DNA of 64,000 bases, from positions 761,487 through 825,486 of the forward strand of contig CAVYNY010000010.1 in the NCBI GenBank assembly GCA_963769935.1, written 5' to 3'. Below are positions 41,021 through 50,041 of the stretch, in pieces. The DNA comes from an uncultured delta proteobacterium (GTDB lineage: Bacteria > Desulfobacterota > Desulfobacteria > Desulfobacterales > JAFDCJ01). A program made the position numbers and the translations under genes. Every line of letters begins with the position of its first letter. Position 1 is the first letter of the stretch. The notes under the pieces are model-generated. The model ran no database searches and was not told where the DNA came from. It worked only from the letters and a program-made list of their open reading frames with translations.

Positions 41021-41157
41021 TCGACTTCGGTTTTGACAAGGCTGTAAAAAGTGCCCATCTTTTGTAAAAAAGTTTGCCGATATTGCCTGCCAGGCAGACT
41101 ATTGCCACACCTTAGGTCAGGCTCGCAGTTGACAACTGAATTTAAAGGAGAATGCGA

Positions 41158-41982
41158 ATGAAATTTATAACAATTTCGCGACAATTGGGGTCCAACGGCG
41201 CTAAAATTGCCCGGGAGGTTTCCGAGAAGCTGGGGTATAAATTTCATGATACGGACAGCATCGACAATGTCGCCCGGCAGATGGGTTTTCTTGACAGTGT
41301 TGAGGGTTCTGATGAGCGGACACCGTCTTTTTTCAAACGCTTCTTTTCCCACAAAGCTGCAATAAACCAGGCGCGCCTGAATTCAGTGATTTACGAATTG
41401 GCCAAACACGGCAACGGGGTTTTTCTGGGCCGCGGCGGGCATATCCTGTTGAAGTCATTTTCGTGTGCCTTGCACGTCAGGGTGATTGCGTCACATCAAA
41501 AACGCATTCACAACCTGCTGCAGAGAGGATTCAATGAGCAGTCTGCCTTGCGGGCTATCGAGGAAAGCGACCGTGAACGAGCCGGTTTTATCAGCTATGC
41601 CTTTGGCAAAAACTGGGATGACCCGGGCCTCTATGACGTGTTATTGAATATGGACAAGCTGAGCATTCCCCTGGCCGTTGATACCCTCGTCGGGATCGCG
41701 CGCTCCGAAGAGATCACCTCGTGCTCGCTGGATTCCATGGAGACTCTGGCTAAACTGGCTCTGACCGCAAGAGCAGAGGCCGCTATCGAGGAGGCCGGGC
41801 TGTCATATGGGCCCTCTCTGACGGTAACCGTTTCCGTGGCAGAAATGGGAAAAGTCCGGCTGGACGGCACGGTCGGCGATGAAACAAGCAAAGTCAGGGC
41901 CGCTGAGGTTGTCAAGGGCGTCAGCGGGGTAGAAGCTGTAGACAACCTGATCCGGGTCAGACCCGCCGACCGCCATGCCTAA
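41158..41982 (+). CDS. Cytidylate-kinase-like protein with C-terminal BON domain
   Basis: ITISRQLGSNG, VFLGRGG, YDVLLN; BON: GKVRLDGTV...GVEAVDNLIRV. Confidence 0.9.
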   Translation: MKFITISRQLGSNGAKIAREVSEKLGYKFHDTDSIDNVARQMGFLDSVEGSDERTPSFFKRFFSHKAAINQARLNSVIYELAKHGNGVFLGRGGHILLKSFSCALHVRVIASHQKRIHNLLQRGFNEQSALRAIEESDRERAGFISYAFGKNWDDPGLYDVLLNMDKLSIPLAVDTLVGIARSEEITSCSLDSMETLAKLALTARAEAAIEEAGLSYGPSLTVTVSVAEMGKVRLDGTVGDETSKVRAAEVVKGVSGVEAVDNLIRVRPADRHA

Positions 41983-42007
41983 ACGGCAGAGAGCCGGGAA
42001 TCCTGAA

Positions 42008-42075
42008 CCAGCTTCCTGCCCGAAGGGCCTACAGCCCGGCTACCGGCTCGTAGAGCCTACAGCTCGGAGACAGGG
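42008..42075 (+). repeat. Dispersed repeat motif, same family as 38901-39020
   Basis: ccagcttcc...gggcctacagcccgg...ctcgtagagcctacagctcggaga. Confidence 0.7.
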
Positions 42076-42195
42076 AGAACCGGGTTGTCAATATTGCGAT
42101 GAATGTGCCCGCCGATATAGCCGTCGGCGGATTTTCCGCCGGCCTCAATTGCGGAGTGGCGGCGGCGTCCAACGACCCCTGCCGGGGTGGATTTC

Positions 42196-43374
42196 ATGAA
42201 ATGCTTGGCAGCCAGCGTTATCCTATTACTGTCTACCGTCGCGATCGCCCAAGCTGCCGGGTGCGACGAATTCGTCACCCTGGTCAGGCCCGCCAAAGAT
42301 GCTTACATGAAGCAGCATCGCATCTACCCGGTCCCGGCGTCCGACAAGGCCTTGGCGCTGGGATTCATGCCGCGGCTGTGGGTCCATCCGCAAAGCTGGC
42401 AGCCGATCTCTTTTGAAGACTATCTGGCTCGCGCCCGGGTTGTTCGCAACAGCGACAACCGGGTGGTCGGGCAGCATCCCACCTGGCGCAGTCTGGCCGA
42501 TCTCAGCGAAGAGGAGCAGTGCCGTCTTCATCTCGACGCACCGGATGTCGCCGCGGCCAGACCAGCCCCGGTTTACATCCAGATTTTCCGGGATGAAGCG
42601 CCCGGCAATCCTGCCGAACAGTGGACCTATGTCAAGTATAATCTGGTTTTCGACTGGAGCGGGCTGCCGGCCGAGATCAGCTGGCTCGCCCACGCCGGTG
42701 CCCTTCTGACCGGCGGCCATCCGGAACGCTGGCATCGGCTGGACATCCACGTGGCGGCCATTATGGCCTTTGATCGTGCGCAAAGACTGCGCCTGCTGAC
42801 CCTTGCCCAACACAATTACCAGCAGACCTATTTGCCGGGCCCGGATTTTCCATCCACTGAAAGGCCCTGTCTGGCGGCGGCCTTTCGCAGCAATGAATTG
42901 TATCTGGACGGCGGCCAAACGGTCCCCGTATATCACCGTGTCGTCCCCTTTTTCAAGGATGTGGCCTACCTGATCGATCCGGCCAGAAAACCACGCTTAT
43001 GGGCCCGGGATGTCATCTATGGCCGCAATGCCGGCGGCCGGGAGGTGCCCTTGCGTCCGGTTTTTATCGAACCCGGCTATCCGCTGGCAGACTTTTCCGG
43101 CCTGCTGGCGCCGCCGCAGCGATTTCTGGGCATCTACACCGGCCGCGACGGACCGCCGGGCTATAACTACTATGCGCTGCCGGCCGATATCCCCCTGGTC
43201 GACTTTGCCGCCATGGGGTTCTGGCGCGCCGGCGACAAGGATCTCCTGCACCAGCTGGAGCCGCTGATCACCGGACGTGACCCCATGTTCGGCGCCGACT
43301 GGCAGAAAATAGCGGCCTTGATGCGAAGGCGGCTGGCCGAATCACTAAGTGTTCATGCCGCTGATTTGCCATGA
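42196..43374 (+). CDS. Secreted hypothetical protein
   Basis: About 390-aa ORF with signal peptide MKCLAASVILLLSTVAIAQA; no recognised domain. Confidence 0.75.
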   Translation: MKCLAASVILLLSTVAIAQAAGCDEFVTLVRPAKDAYMKQHRIYPVPASDKALALGFMPRLWVHPQSWQPISFEDYLARARVVRNSDNRVVGQHPTWRSLADLSEEEQCRLHLDAPDVAAARPAPVYIQIFRDEAPGNPAEQWTYVKYNLVFDWSGLPAEISWLAHAGALLTGGHPERWHRLDIHVAAIMAFDRAQRLRLLTLAQHNYQQTYLPGPDFPSTERPCLAAAFRSNELYLDGGQTVPVYHRVVPFFKDVAYLIDPARKPRLWARDVIYGRNAGGREVPLRPVFIEPGYPLADFSGLLAPPQRFLGIYTGRDGPPGYNYYALPADIPLVDFAAMGFWRAGDKDLLHQLEPLITGRDPMFGADWQKIAALMRRRLAESLSVHAADLP

Positions 43375-43605
43375 GCGAGCACACATCTAAAAATGGTTTT
43401 GAGCCACAGCCCGTCAAGCTTTGACTCCGGTCACACAATCGACGGCCGGAATCGAGCGGAATAGGCAAGCATTCATCTGGTTTGACTTTTTACCATTATG
43501 ATGCTTAAATTATTTAAAAATTCTACGCCTACGATTCGTCGAAAAAATCTACCGGAACCGGACAAATGGATAAACTCAGTATCCATATAATCCAAAGGCA
43601 AAACA

Positions 43606-43773
43606 ATGGAAACCTTCCATGACCGGATTGAATAAAAACCTGACGTTATGTTAGGCAAGCCCGTCATTAGAGGGGCCAGGATTCCGGTGGAGCTTATCAT
43701 CCGCAAATTGGGAGAAAGCGCCTCTATTGGAGACCTACTTGACGCTTTCCCAAATCTTATTGCAATCACATAG
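43606..43773 (+). pseudogene. DUF433 antitoxin-like gene, internal stop and truncated
   Basis: METFHDRIE*KPDVMLGKPVIRGARIPVELII...DLLDAFPNL; TAA at 43633. Confidence 0.8.
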
Positions 43774-43792
43774 CCTGGTACGATCCCGGGCC
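43766..43792 (+). repeat. 27-bp direct repeat, copy 1 (copy 2 at 63837-63863)
   Basis: tcacatagcctggtacgatcccgggcc vs tcacatagcctggtacgaccccgggcc (1 mismatch). Confidence 0.8.
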
Positions 43793-43984
43793 CTGGTACC
43801 ACCCCGGGCCCCAGGCCTTAAAATCCATAATCACGAATTAAGGCTGAAAGCAAAATAAGGATCACTTGTGATCAATATTAAATTCGTGCTGATTCGAGGC
43901 TTTTTTCAGACGGCTAAATTGTTGCTGCTTTTGCGGCATCAGGGTAAGCTTGCCAAACGGCACTGTTTATTAAGGGGGTAAAAA

Positions 43985-44494
43985 TTGGAGTGGCCCTGTA
44001 AAATTGTTTCATTGTTGAAGGCCAATGATATTGGTTCAATATCATTTATACCGGATTCCGTTATCGGCCGGATTCTGAAAGCGGCTGAAAAGGATTCGTA
44101 TTTTCATTTGACGACTCTGGCGCGGGAAGAAGAAGGCATCGGCATCATCACGGGGGAATATTTGGGGGGTCGTCACGGTGCCCTGATGATGCAGAGCGCC
44201 GGACTGGGCAACTGCGTCAATGCGCTGGCGTCGCTTGCGATTCCCTACCAGATTCCGTTTGTCATGCTGATCAGCCAGCGCGGCGAGCTGGGGGAGTTTA
44301 ACGCCTGCCACGTCGCCATGGGAAAAGCGCTTCGCAGTATCCTGGAAGCCCTGGGAATCCAGCACTATACCGTGAATCGCGAAGATGAACTGGAAACTAT
44401 TCTAAACGGCGCCATTAAAACGGCCTATACGTCCGAGCAGCCGGTTGCGATTATTCTGTCCACCGCCCTGGTCGGATGGAAGGATGAAAAATGA
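43985..44494 (+). CDS. Sulfopyruvate/phosphonopyruvate decarboxylase alpha subunit (ComD-like)
   Basis: FIPDS, REEEGIGI, MQSAGLGNCVNAL, LISQRG. Confidence 0.85.
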   Translation: MEWPCKIVSLLKANDIGSISFIPDSVIGRILKAAEKDSYFHLTTLAREEEGIGIITGEYLGGRHGALMMQSAGLGNCVNALASLAIPYQIPFVMLISQRGELGEFNACHVAMGKALRSILEALGIQHYTVNREDELETILNGAIKTAYTSEQPVAIILSTALVGWKDEK

Positions 44495-45054
44495 TCAACA
44501 GACTTGAAGCAACCCGCTACCTGGTCGAGCAGCTTTCCGACGAGCCCATAATAGCGTCCTGCGGCAATCCGAAATTCGACCTGTTTGCCGCCGCCGAAAA
44601 AAGGAAGGCCAATTTTTATATGTGGAACTCCATGGGCATGGCTTCCTCCATCGGCCTGGGTCTGGCTATGGCTCGCCCGGATAAGAAGGTGATCGTGCTG
44701 GATGGCGACGGGGCTATTTTGATGAATTTAAATTCATTGACCACTGCGGCCAGCAAAGCGCCTGCCAATCTCATTCACATCATCTGGGACAATGCGCAGT
44801 ATCAGATCACCGGCGGTCAGCCTACCCATACCGGCGGAAAAGCCGATATCGAAGCAATTGCCAGAGGCGCCGGCTTCAAGCAGGCCTTAACTGTAGCCAC
44901 ACTTGCCGCCTTTAAAGAGGCACTTTCCCAAATCCTCTCCCAACCCGGCCCCTGGATCCTGGTGGCCAGGACAGATTCGTCAAAAGCGCTCGGCCGCCCG
45001 CCGAAAAGCCCCGTCTACATCAAGAATCAGTTTATGGAAGCTTTAAGGAGCTGA
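44491..45054 (+). CDS. Sulfopyruvate/phosphonopyruvate decarboxylase beta subunit (ComE-like, TPP-binding)
   Basis: NFYMWNSMGMASSIGLG, LDGDGAILMN, DNAQYQITGGQPT; 4-nt overlap with the alpha gene. Confidence 0.85.
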   Translation: MINRLEATRYLVEQLSDEPIIASCGNPKFDLFAAAEKRKANFYMWNSMGMASSIGLGLAMARPDKKVIVLDGDGAILMNLNSLTTAASKAPANLIHIIWDNAQYQITGGQPTHTGGKADIEAIARGAGFKQALTVATLAAFKEALSQILSQPGPWILVARTDSSKALGRPPKSPVYIKNQFMEALRS

Positions 45055-45590
45055 AACCAAACAAGTAGCTGAGTGAATGAGCAGCGGCTAACTCATTTGT
45101 TGTAATTAAAGACACATGGCTTGGCTTCCGGCTCAGGCGGCCCAACAAAATCAACAACTCCGGGGGTCAATGTAGAAATAGAACGGATGTCCCCATTGTT
45201 CATGGATCGCCGCGCACGCTAAAACGGCAGGCCTCACGATAGTAACCAACAACCAGCGGGAGCTTCAACGCGTACCAGGGTTGAGGGTCCGGAATTGGGT
45301 TGGCAGACAAGGTTCCGGAAACAATGACGAAACCTTTAAAACTGTCAACCTGTCGCCGGGCGGAATCCATTAATTGGAATGCGCGATCGATCTTGGTCTT
45401 TTATTCGATACCAAGGAAGAAAGTGCCCGGGGTCTTAAAATTGACTCAAAAATTCTGCAACACCAAAGGCGCGCGATCGGCTTTCAGAAAAGTGCCTGGA
45501 AAAGTTTGCGGTCTGAAACCGAAAGTTGCCGATACCGGAGGCTATGAGGTTTAGATTACATCACAATTTTATCTTAAACTAGGTTAGGCT

Positions 45591-46463
45591 TCAATGCAGC
45601 GCTCTTTTTAGGGCAGCAGCGGATTTTTCGAGAAGCTTAATGGAATCGATGTAGGTTTTCGATGCACAGCAGGCATACAATATATCGATTATCAGTATCT
45701 GGGCGACGCGCGATAGCATGGATTCTTGAAAAAAAGAAGACTCTTTTGTAGCGGTAAAAAGCTTGATGTCGCTATAGCGAGTTATGGACGAGTCATCGCA
45801 GTTGGTAATGCAGATGGTGGTGGCACCATTTTCTTTGGCTGCTTTTAGGGCGTTGACGGTGAAAATCGTGCTGCCGGAATTGCTGATTCCGATGGCAACG
45901 TTGCCTTTTTTCAAAATAGAGGAACTTACTGCCAGATGAGCTGGATCATTATAGACAATACACTGTTTGCCGATCCGGTAAAAACGCATTTTGGCACTTT
46001 CAGCCGCAATGGTTGATGTGCCCACACAATAGAGAACCACGAAATCGGCTTTATCGATGGCGACTACCGCCCGTTCAATTTCTAACGGATTTATAACCTT
46101 TTGTGTATCCTGCATTGCCTCGATATTCCGGTATAAAATTTTTTCCACGATTTTTTCGATAGGATCATCTTTATCGACATCATCATAAACAAACTTTTCT
46201 TTACTGTTGGCCTCTATGACGTTTTCCGGAGATATTTCCGCCAAACTGATTTTAAAATTCTGAAAATTGTTGAGGCCGATTTCTTTGACGAATCGGGTCA
46301 CCGTGGCTTCCGAAACATTACATTTGGCCGCCAGTTCGCTTATTTTTAATTTTTTGATTATGTCCGTGTTTTCCAATGCATACCGTCCCACACGCTTGAC
46401 GGCCGGATTCAAATAAGGTAAGAGGCGTCGGATTTTAACTAATATATTTTGTTCTGGGAGCAT
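45591..46463 (-). CDS. MurR/RpiR-family regulator (HTH + SIS)
   Basis: ISELAAKCNVSEATVTRFVK, VGTS, GISNSGST, SRVAQILIIDIL. Confidence 0.92.
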   Translation of the reverse strand: MLPEQNILVKIRRLLPYLNPAVKRVGRYALENTDIIKKLKISELAAKCNVSEATVTRFVKEIGLNNFQNFKISLAEISPENVIEANSKEKFVYDDVDKDDPIEKIVEKILYRNIEAMQDTQKVINPLEIERAVVAIDKADFVVLYCVGTSTIAAESAKMRFYRIGKQCIVYNDPAHLAVSSSILKKGNVAIGISNSGSTIFTVNALKAAKENGATTICITNCDDSSITRYSDIKLFTATKESSFFQESMLSRVAQILIIDILYACCASKTYIDSIKLLEKSAAALKRALH

Positions 46464-46554
46464 CGGGGGATAAGCTTTGTAATGTTGCCAAAAAGGGTTT
46501 TAAGTCATTTCTTCCTCATTCTAATACGCCGGGTTCATTCCACTAGTAAAAATA

Positions 46555-47799
46555 CTATAAATCAGCGGAGTTTTCCACCAATAGTTCAATTATTATGGCA
46601 TAGTATCCCTCAAGGGACTTCAACATCATTTCGATATTAACCTGCTCTTCGGGCGTGTGAGCATATTTTTCTTCAGTCCCTGAATAGCCGATGGTAGGAA
46701 TTCCCAACAGTGCCGCGGTCATACTGCCGTCGGTTCCGAATTTCCAATAATTAATTTCCGGCGTTTGGCCGATTTTTTTCAGCGCGTTCATTGTTTTGAC
46801 CGCAAAAGGATGATCGGCCTCTGTAATCCATGGAGGATGATATTTTCGAACTTCTTTCTGATATCCCGTATAGGAGGTCTCCACGAACTTTCTCGGATAT
46901 ACGGCGGCCTTAAAGTCCGGATCCGTTTGCTGTATTTTCACAAAAAGAGTCTCAAATTCTCGCATCAGGTCCGCCACCTCTTGTCCGGGCATATAGCGTC
47001 TGTCAATAGAGATTTCACATTCATCCGGTATGATGCTCAACGTGCCGGGACGGCAAACGAGATTGGTGATGGTGATGGAGCTATTTCCAAGCAACTCGTG
47101 GCTTTTCATATGGTCCGCCGCGGATCCGAAAATATACTCCAATATGGGCACCATTTTTTCAAGTGCGTTGACGCCGGCTTCCGGGCGGGACGAGTGCGCG
47201 GTTCGGCCAAAGGTTTTGACTACAAGTTCCACTTTTCCCCGTTGTCCTAGAACCACATTGAGCCCGGTAGGTTCGCTCAAAAAGACAACATCGCAGTGGA
47301 TTTTATTTTTCGAGAACGTATTTTCGAATAGATATTCGATACCAAACATCTCTGCAGCCTCTTCGTGGACCACTGCGCTAAACACGAGCGTGCCGGACAA
47401 TCCTTGTCCGGAATTGTTGAGTTGCTGAAACAGCTTCATCATATAAAGTTGGACGGAAAGCCCGCCTTTCAGATCGCAGGCGCCTCTGCCATGGATATTG
47501 GCGTCATCATCGATTTCTGCGCCAAAGGGATCGAAGCCGTTCCAGTTTTCGATATTGCCAGCGGAGACAATGTCGAGATGTCCGTTGAGAAGAACGGTGG
47601 GACCGGGTCGGGATCCTTTCACCACACCCACTACGTTGCCGATGTCGTCGATAAATGCGTCATTCACATGGTATTCTTTCAGTTTAGCTAAAATGAAATC
47701 AGCCAGCACCTTTTCTTCCCCGGTGAAAGACGGAATTCTTATCAAGGCCTGGGTCAGTTCAATCAGTTCACGGCGTATCGATTCATCTACCTGAAACAT
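46555..47799 (-). CDS. M20-family metallo-amidohydrolase (YgeY/ArgE-like)
   Basis: LNGHLD, HGRGACDLKG, VHEE, SEPT, GRTAHSS, GTDG, AHTPEE. Confidence 0.9.
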   Translation of the reverse strand: MFQVDESIRRELIELTQALIRIPSFTGEEKVLADFILAKLKEYHVNDAFIDDIGNVVGVVKGSRPGPTVLLNGHLDIVSAGNIENWNGFDPFGAEIDDDANIHGRGACDLKGGLSVQLYMMKLFQQLNNSGQGLSGTLVFSAVVHEEAAEMFGIEYLFENTFSKNKIHCDVVFLSEPTGLNVVLGQRGKVELVVKTFGRTAHSSRPEAGVNALEKMVPILEYIFGSAADHMKSHELLGNSSITITNLVCRPGTLSIIPDECEISIDRRYMPGQEVADLMREFETLFVKIQQTDPDFKAAVYPRKFVETSYTGYQKEVRKYHPPWITEADHPFAVKTMNALKKIGQTPEINYWKFGTDGSMTAALLGIPTIGYSGTEEKYAHTPEEQVNIEMMLKSLEGYYAIIIELLVENSADL

Positions 47800-47833
47800 G
47801 AGCACTCCTATCTGCAGCGGCAAATTAAGGGAA

Positions 47834-48772
47834 TTAAAAAATCGGCTTTCCTTTCAGAAGGTTCAGCCAGTAGTCGATCCTGGGATCGCTCCAGAAGCTT
47901 CGCAATCTGGCCATTTTTGAACCAAGCCATTCAAAGTAGTCAAACGTGCTTACCGGCGAGTTGACCGCCTGGACACAAGACCACATCGCCCACTTGATGT
48001 CCTGGAGAATTTGATAAAGTTTCATGCGTGCAAATTTTTCCTCGTCGAATCCGCCGCAGTAGTACTTGACCAGTTCCATTTGCATGGCTTCGGTGAAGTA
48101 GTTCACAGCCGACCAGATGCCAAAATCGTACCAGGCATCATTCATCGAGGCGTATTCGTAGTCTATGAGATACACTTGCTGATTTTCCTCTACCCACATG
48201 AAATTGGCGGACCACAGGTCGTTGTGACACGGCACATAGTCGATACCGGCGGTATAGATGGCATCTTCGATATTTTTAAAAAGCCATTCCATCCGGTCTA
48301 TTTCGTAGGGGATGTATCCGCCAAGTTCCCGGGCCATTTGAAGCATGTTTTTGGTCTGCTCGAAGGCGGTTTGCTGCAGCGGCATGGCGAGCTGGGCGTG
48401 GTTGTGAAACTTTCTGGCGGTATCGATCATTTTATAAAATTTGTTTTCGTCAAAGACATCGCCAAACTTCATGGGCACACAGTCGTGAATCCAGCTGAAG
48501 ATTTCCACTCCGCTATCCGGGAAAAAGTGAAACACTTCCGGGCCGATGCTCTCCTTTTGGGCAATCAGGTTGGCTTCGTGACAATTTTTTCTGTCGATAA
48601 AACTTTCCGTGCCCACCCCCGGGATCTTTACGAAATAGCTGCTCCCATCAACCGTTACCTTCCAGTTGATGTTGGTTTTTCCCCCTGGAACCAGCTCATA
48701 TTGACACGTCTTATCCTTCCAGGCGTCGATTCGGTTGATGATTTCAATCAACTGCTCTTCATGCGTTTTCAT
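47834..48772 (-). CDS. Choline/ethanolamine-kinase-like phosphotransferase
   Basis: GGKTNINW, KIPGVGTE.FIDR, PCHNDLWSANF, LIDYEYASMND. Confidence 0.85.
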   Translation of the reverse strand: MKTHEEQLIEIINRIDAWKDKTCQYELVPGGKTNINWKVTVDGSSYFVKIPGVGTESFIDRKNCHEANLIAQKESIGPEVFHFFPDSGVEIFSWIHDCVPMKFGDVFDENKFYKMIDTARKFHNHAQLAMPLQQTAFEQTKNMLQMARELGGYIPYEIDRMEWLFKNIEDAIYTAGIDYVPCHNDLWSANFMWVEENQQVYLIDYEYASMNDAWYDFGIWSAVNYFTEAMQMELVKYYCGGFDEEKFARMKLYQILQDIKWAMWSCVQAVNSPVSTFDYFEWLGSKMARLRSFWSDPRIDYWLNLLKGKPIF

Positions 48773-48855
48773 CTCCGTACCTCCTCTGAAATATTCTTTC
48801 CGTTTTCCGGACAAATTCACTTTGGTATGCCCGCAACTGAATTTGGACATTCGGC

Positions 48856-49016
48856 TTAGGGTTCACGAAAAATTAGTTCACAATTTTAGGCGTTGCGGCG
48901 CCCGGCTGGCAAGGCGCGAAAACGCAGGAATATCTGGATATTCCGAGCTTTCGCAACGCAGCCGGGCGGGATGCAGCAGCGTATAAAATGCGAAGTTATT
49001 TTTGAGTGAGCCCTTA
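48856..49016. mobile_element. MITE-like palindromic element (~160 bp)
   Basis: Imperfect terminal IRs ttagggttcacgaaaaattagttc / gaagttatttttgagtgagccctta; internal palindrome centred on ggaatatctggatattcc. Confidence 0.7.
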
Positions 49017-49988
49017 AGCAAAAAGATGGCATTCCACCTCGTGTGTGTTGCTGGTTCGAATCATTTGAGGGTCGATTTTTTTGCAAACCGGCATTGCTTC
49101 CGGACATCTGGAGCGAAAGCTGCATCCGGCTGGAATGTTTATCGGACTCGGAACCTCCCCGCTAAGCACTTCCAAATCTTCCTGCATCAGTCCGCCCTCT
49201 ATAGAGGGAACAGCCGCCGAAAGCGCTTGAGTGTAAGGATGCAGCGGATTATCAAAAATATCCTCGTTACTGCCGCGTTCGACGATTCTGCCAAGATACA
49301 TGACCGCCACCCGATCGCACATGTGTCTGACCACACCGATGTCGTGGGCGATGAGCAGATAGGAGAGCCCCCTTTTCTCTTTTAAACTGGAAAACAGGTT
49401 CAAGATGTGGGCCTGTACCGATACGTCCAGTGCTGACACGGCTTCGTCCAGGATGACGATCGCCGGATCGAGAATAATGGCCCGGGCAATGTTTATCATT
49501 TGTCTCTGACCCGCACTGAAACTGAGCGGATAACGGTCGTATGCATCTGCTTCGAGGCCGACTTCGGCCATAACGCTGATGATCTTTTTGCGTTTTTCCT
49601 TGGCGGTCATGTTTTTGCGATGGATATTTAACGGATCGCCTATAATATCACCGACTTTCATCCAGGAGGGAAGCGACAAATAGGGATCCTGAAGCACGAG
49701 CTGCACTTTTTCTCTCAGCTGCTTCATTTCCCGTTTTGTCGTTTTATGAATGTTTTTTCTCTGGTACAGGACCTCGCCGCTGGTGGGTTTTTCCAGCATT
49801 ATAAGCAGGCGCGACAACGTAGATTTTCCACAACCGGATTCACCGACATATCCAAATGATTCATCTTTGAGCAGAGAAAAAGAAACGCCCCTGACGGCCT
49901 TGATGACCTCGGATTTTTTAAAGAGACTTTTTTTCTTCAGCGGATAGTCCTTATAAATGTTTTTGGCTTCGATAAGTGCTTGTTCCAT
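49014..49988 (-). CDS. Peptide/opine ABC transporter ATPase (DppF/OppF-like)
   Basis: GESGCGKST, FSAGQRQ, ILDEAVSALDVS, PLHPYT, GCSFRSRC. Confidence 0.92.
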   Translation of the reverse strand: MEQALIEAKNIYKDYPLKKKSLFKKSEVIKAVRGVSFSLLKDESFGYVGESGCGKSTLSRLLIMLEKPTSGEVLYQRKNIHKTTKREMKQLREKVQLVLQDPYLSLPSWMKVGDIIGDPLNIHRKNMTAKEKRKKIISVMAEVGLEADAYDRYPLSFSAGQRQMINIARAIILDPAIVILDEAVSALDVSVQAHILNLFSSLKEKRGLSYLLIAHDIGVVRHMCDRVAVMYLGRIVERGSNEDIFDNPLHPYTQALSAAVPSIEGGLMQEDLEVLSGEVPSPINIPAGCSFRSRCPEAMPVCKKIDPQMIRTSNTHEVECHLFA

Positions 49989-50041
49989 TTCAATCCTCGG
50001 TATTGCCGCCCTGAATGGAAAGGCAGCGACGGTCAGGTAAA

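Noticed and set aside
43633..43635. Stop-codon recoding (Sec/Pyl) in the DUF433 gene
   Set aside because: The internal stop is TAA and the gene is also truncated. I noticed no Cys-aligned in-frame TGA in the other redox genes.
45300..45554. 84-aa ORF between comE-like and RpiR genes
   Set aside because: No RBS or recognisable motif; probably non-coding or decayed.
49050..49065. GGTTCGAATC T-loop-like motif suggesting a tRNA
   Set aside because: It lies inside the dppF-like coding sequence and no cloverleaf forms.
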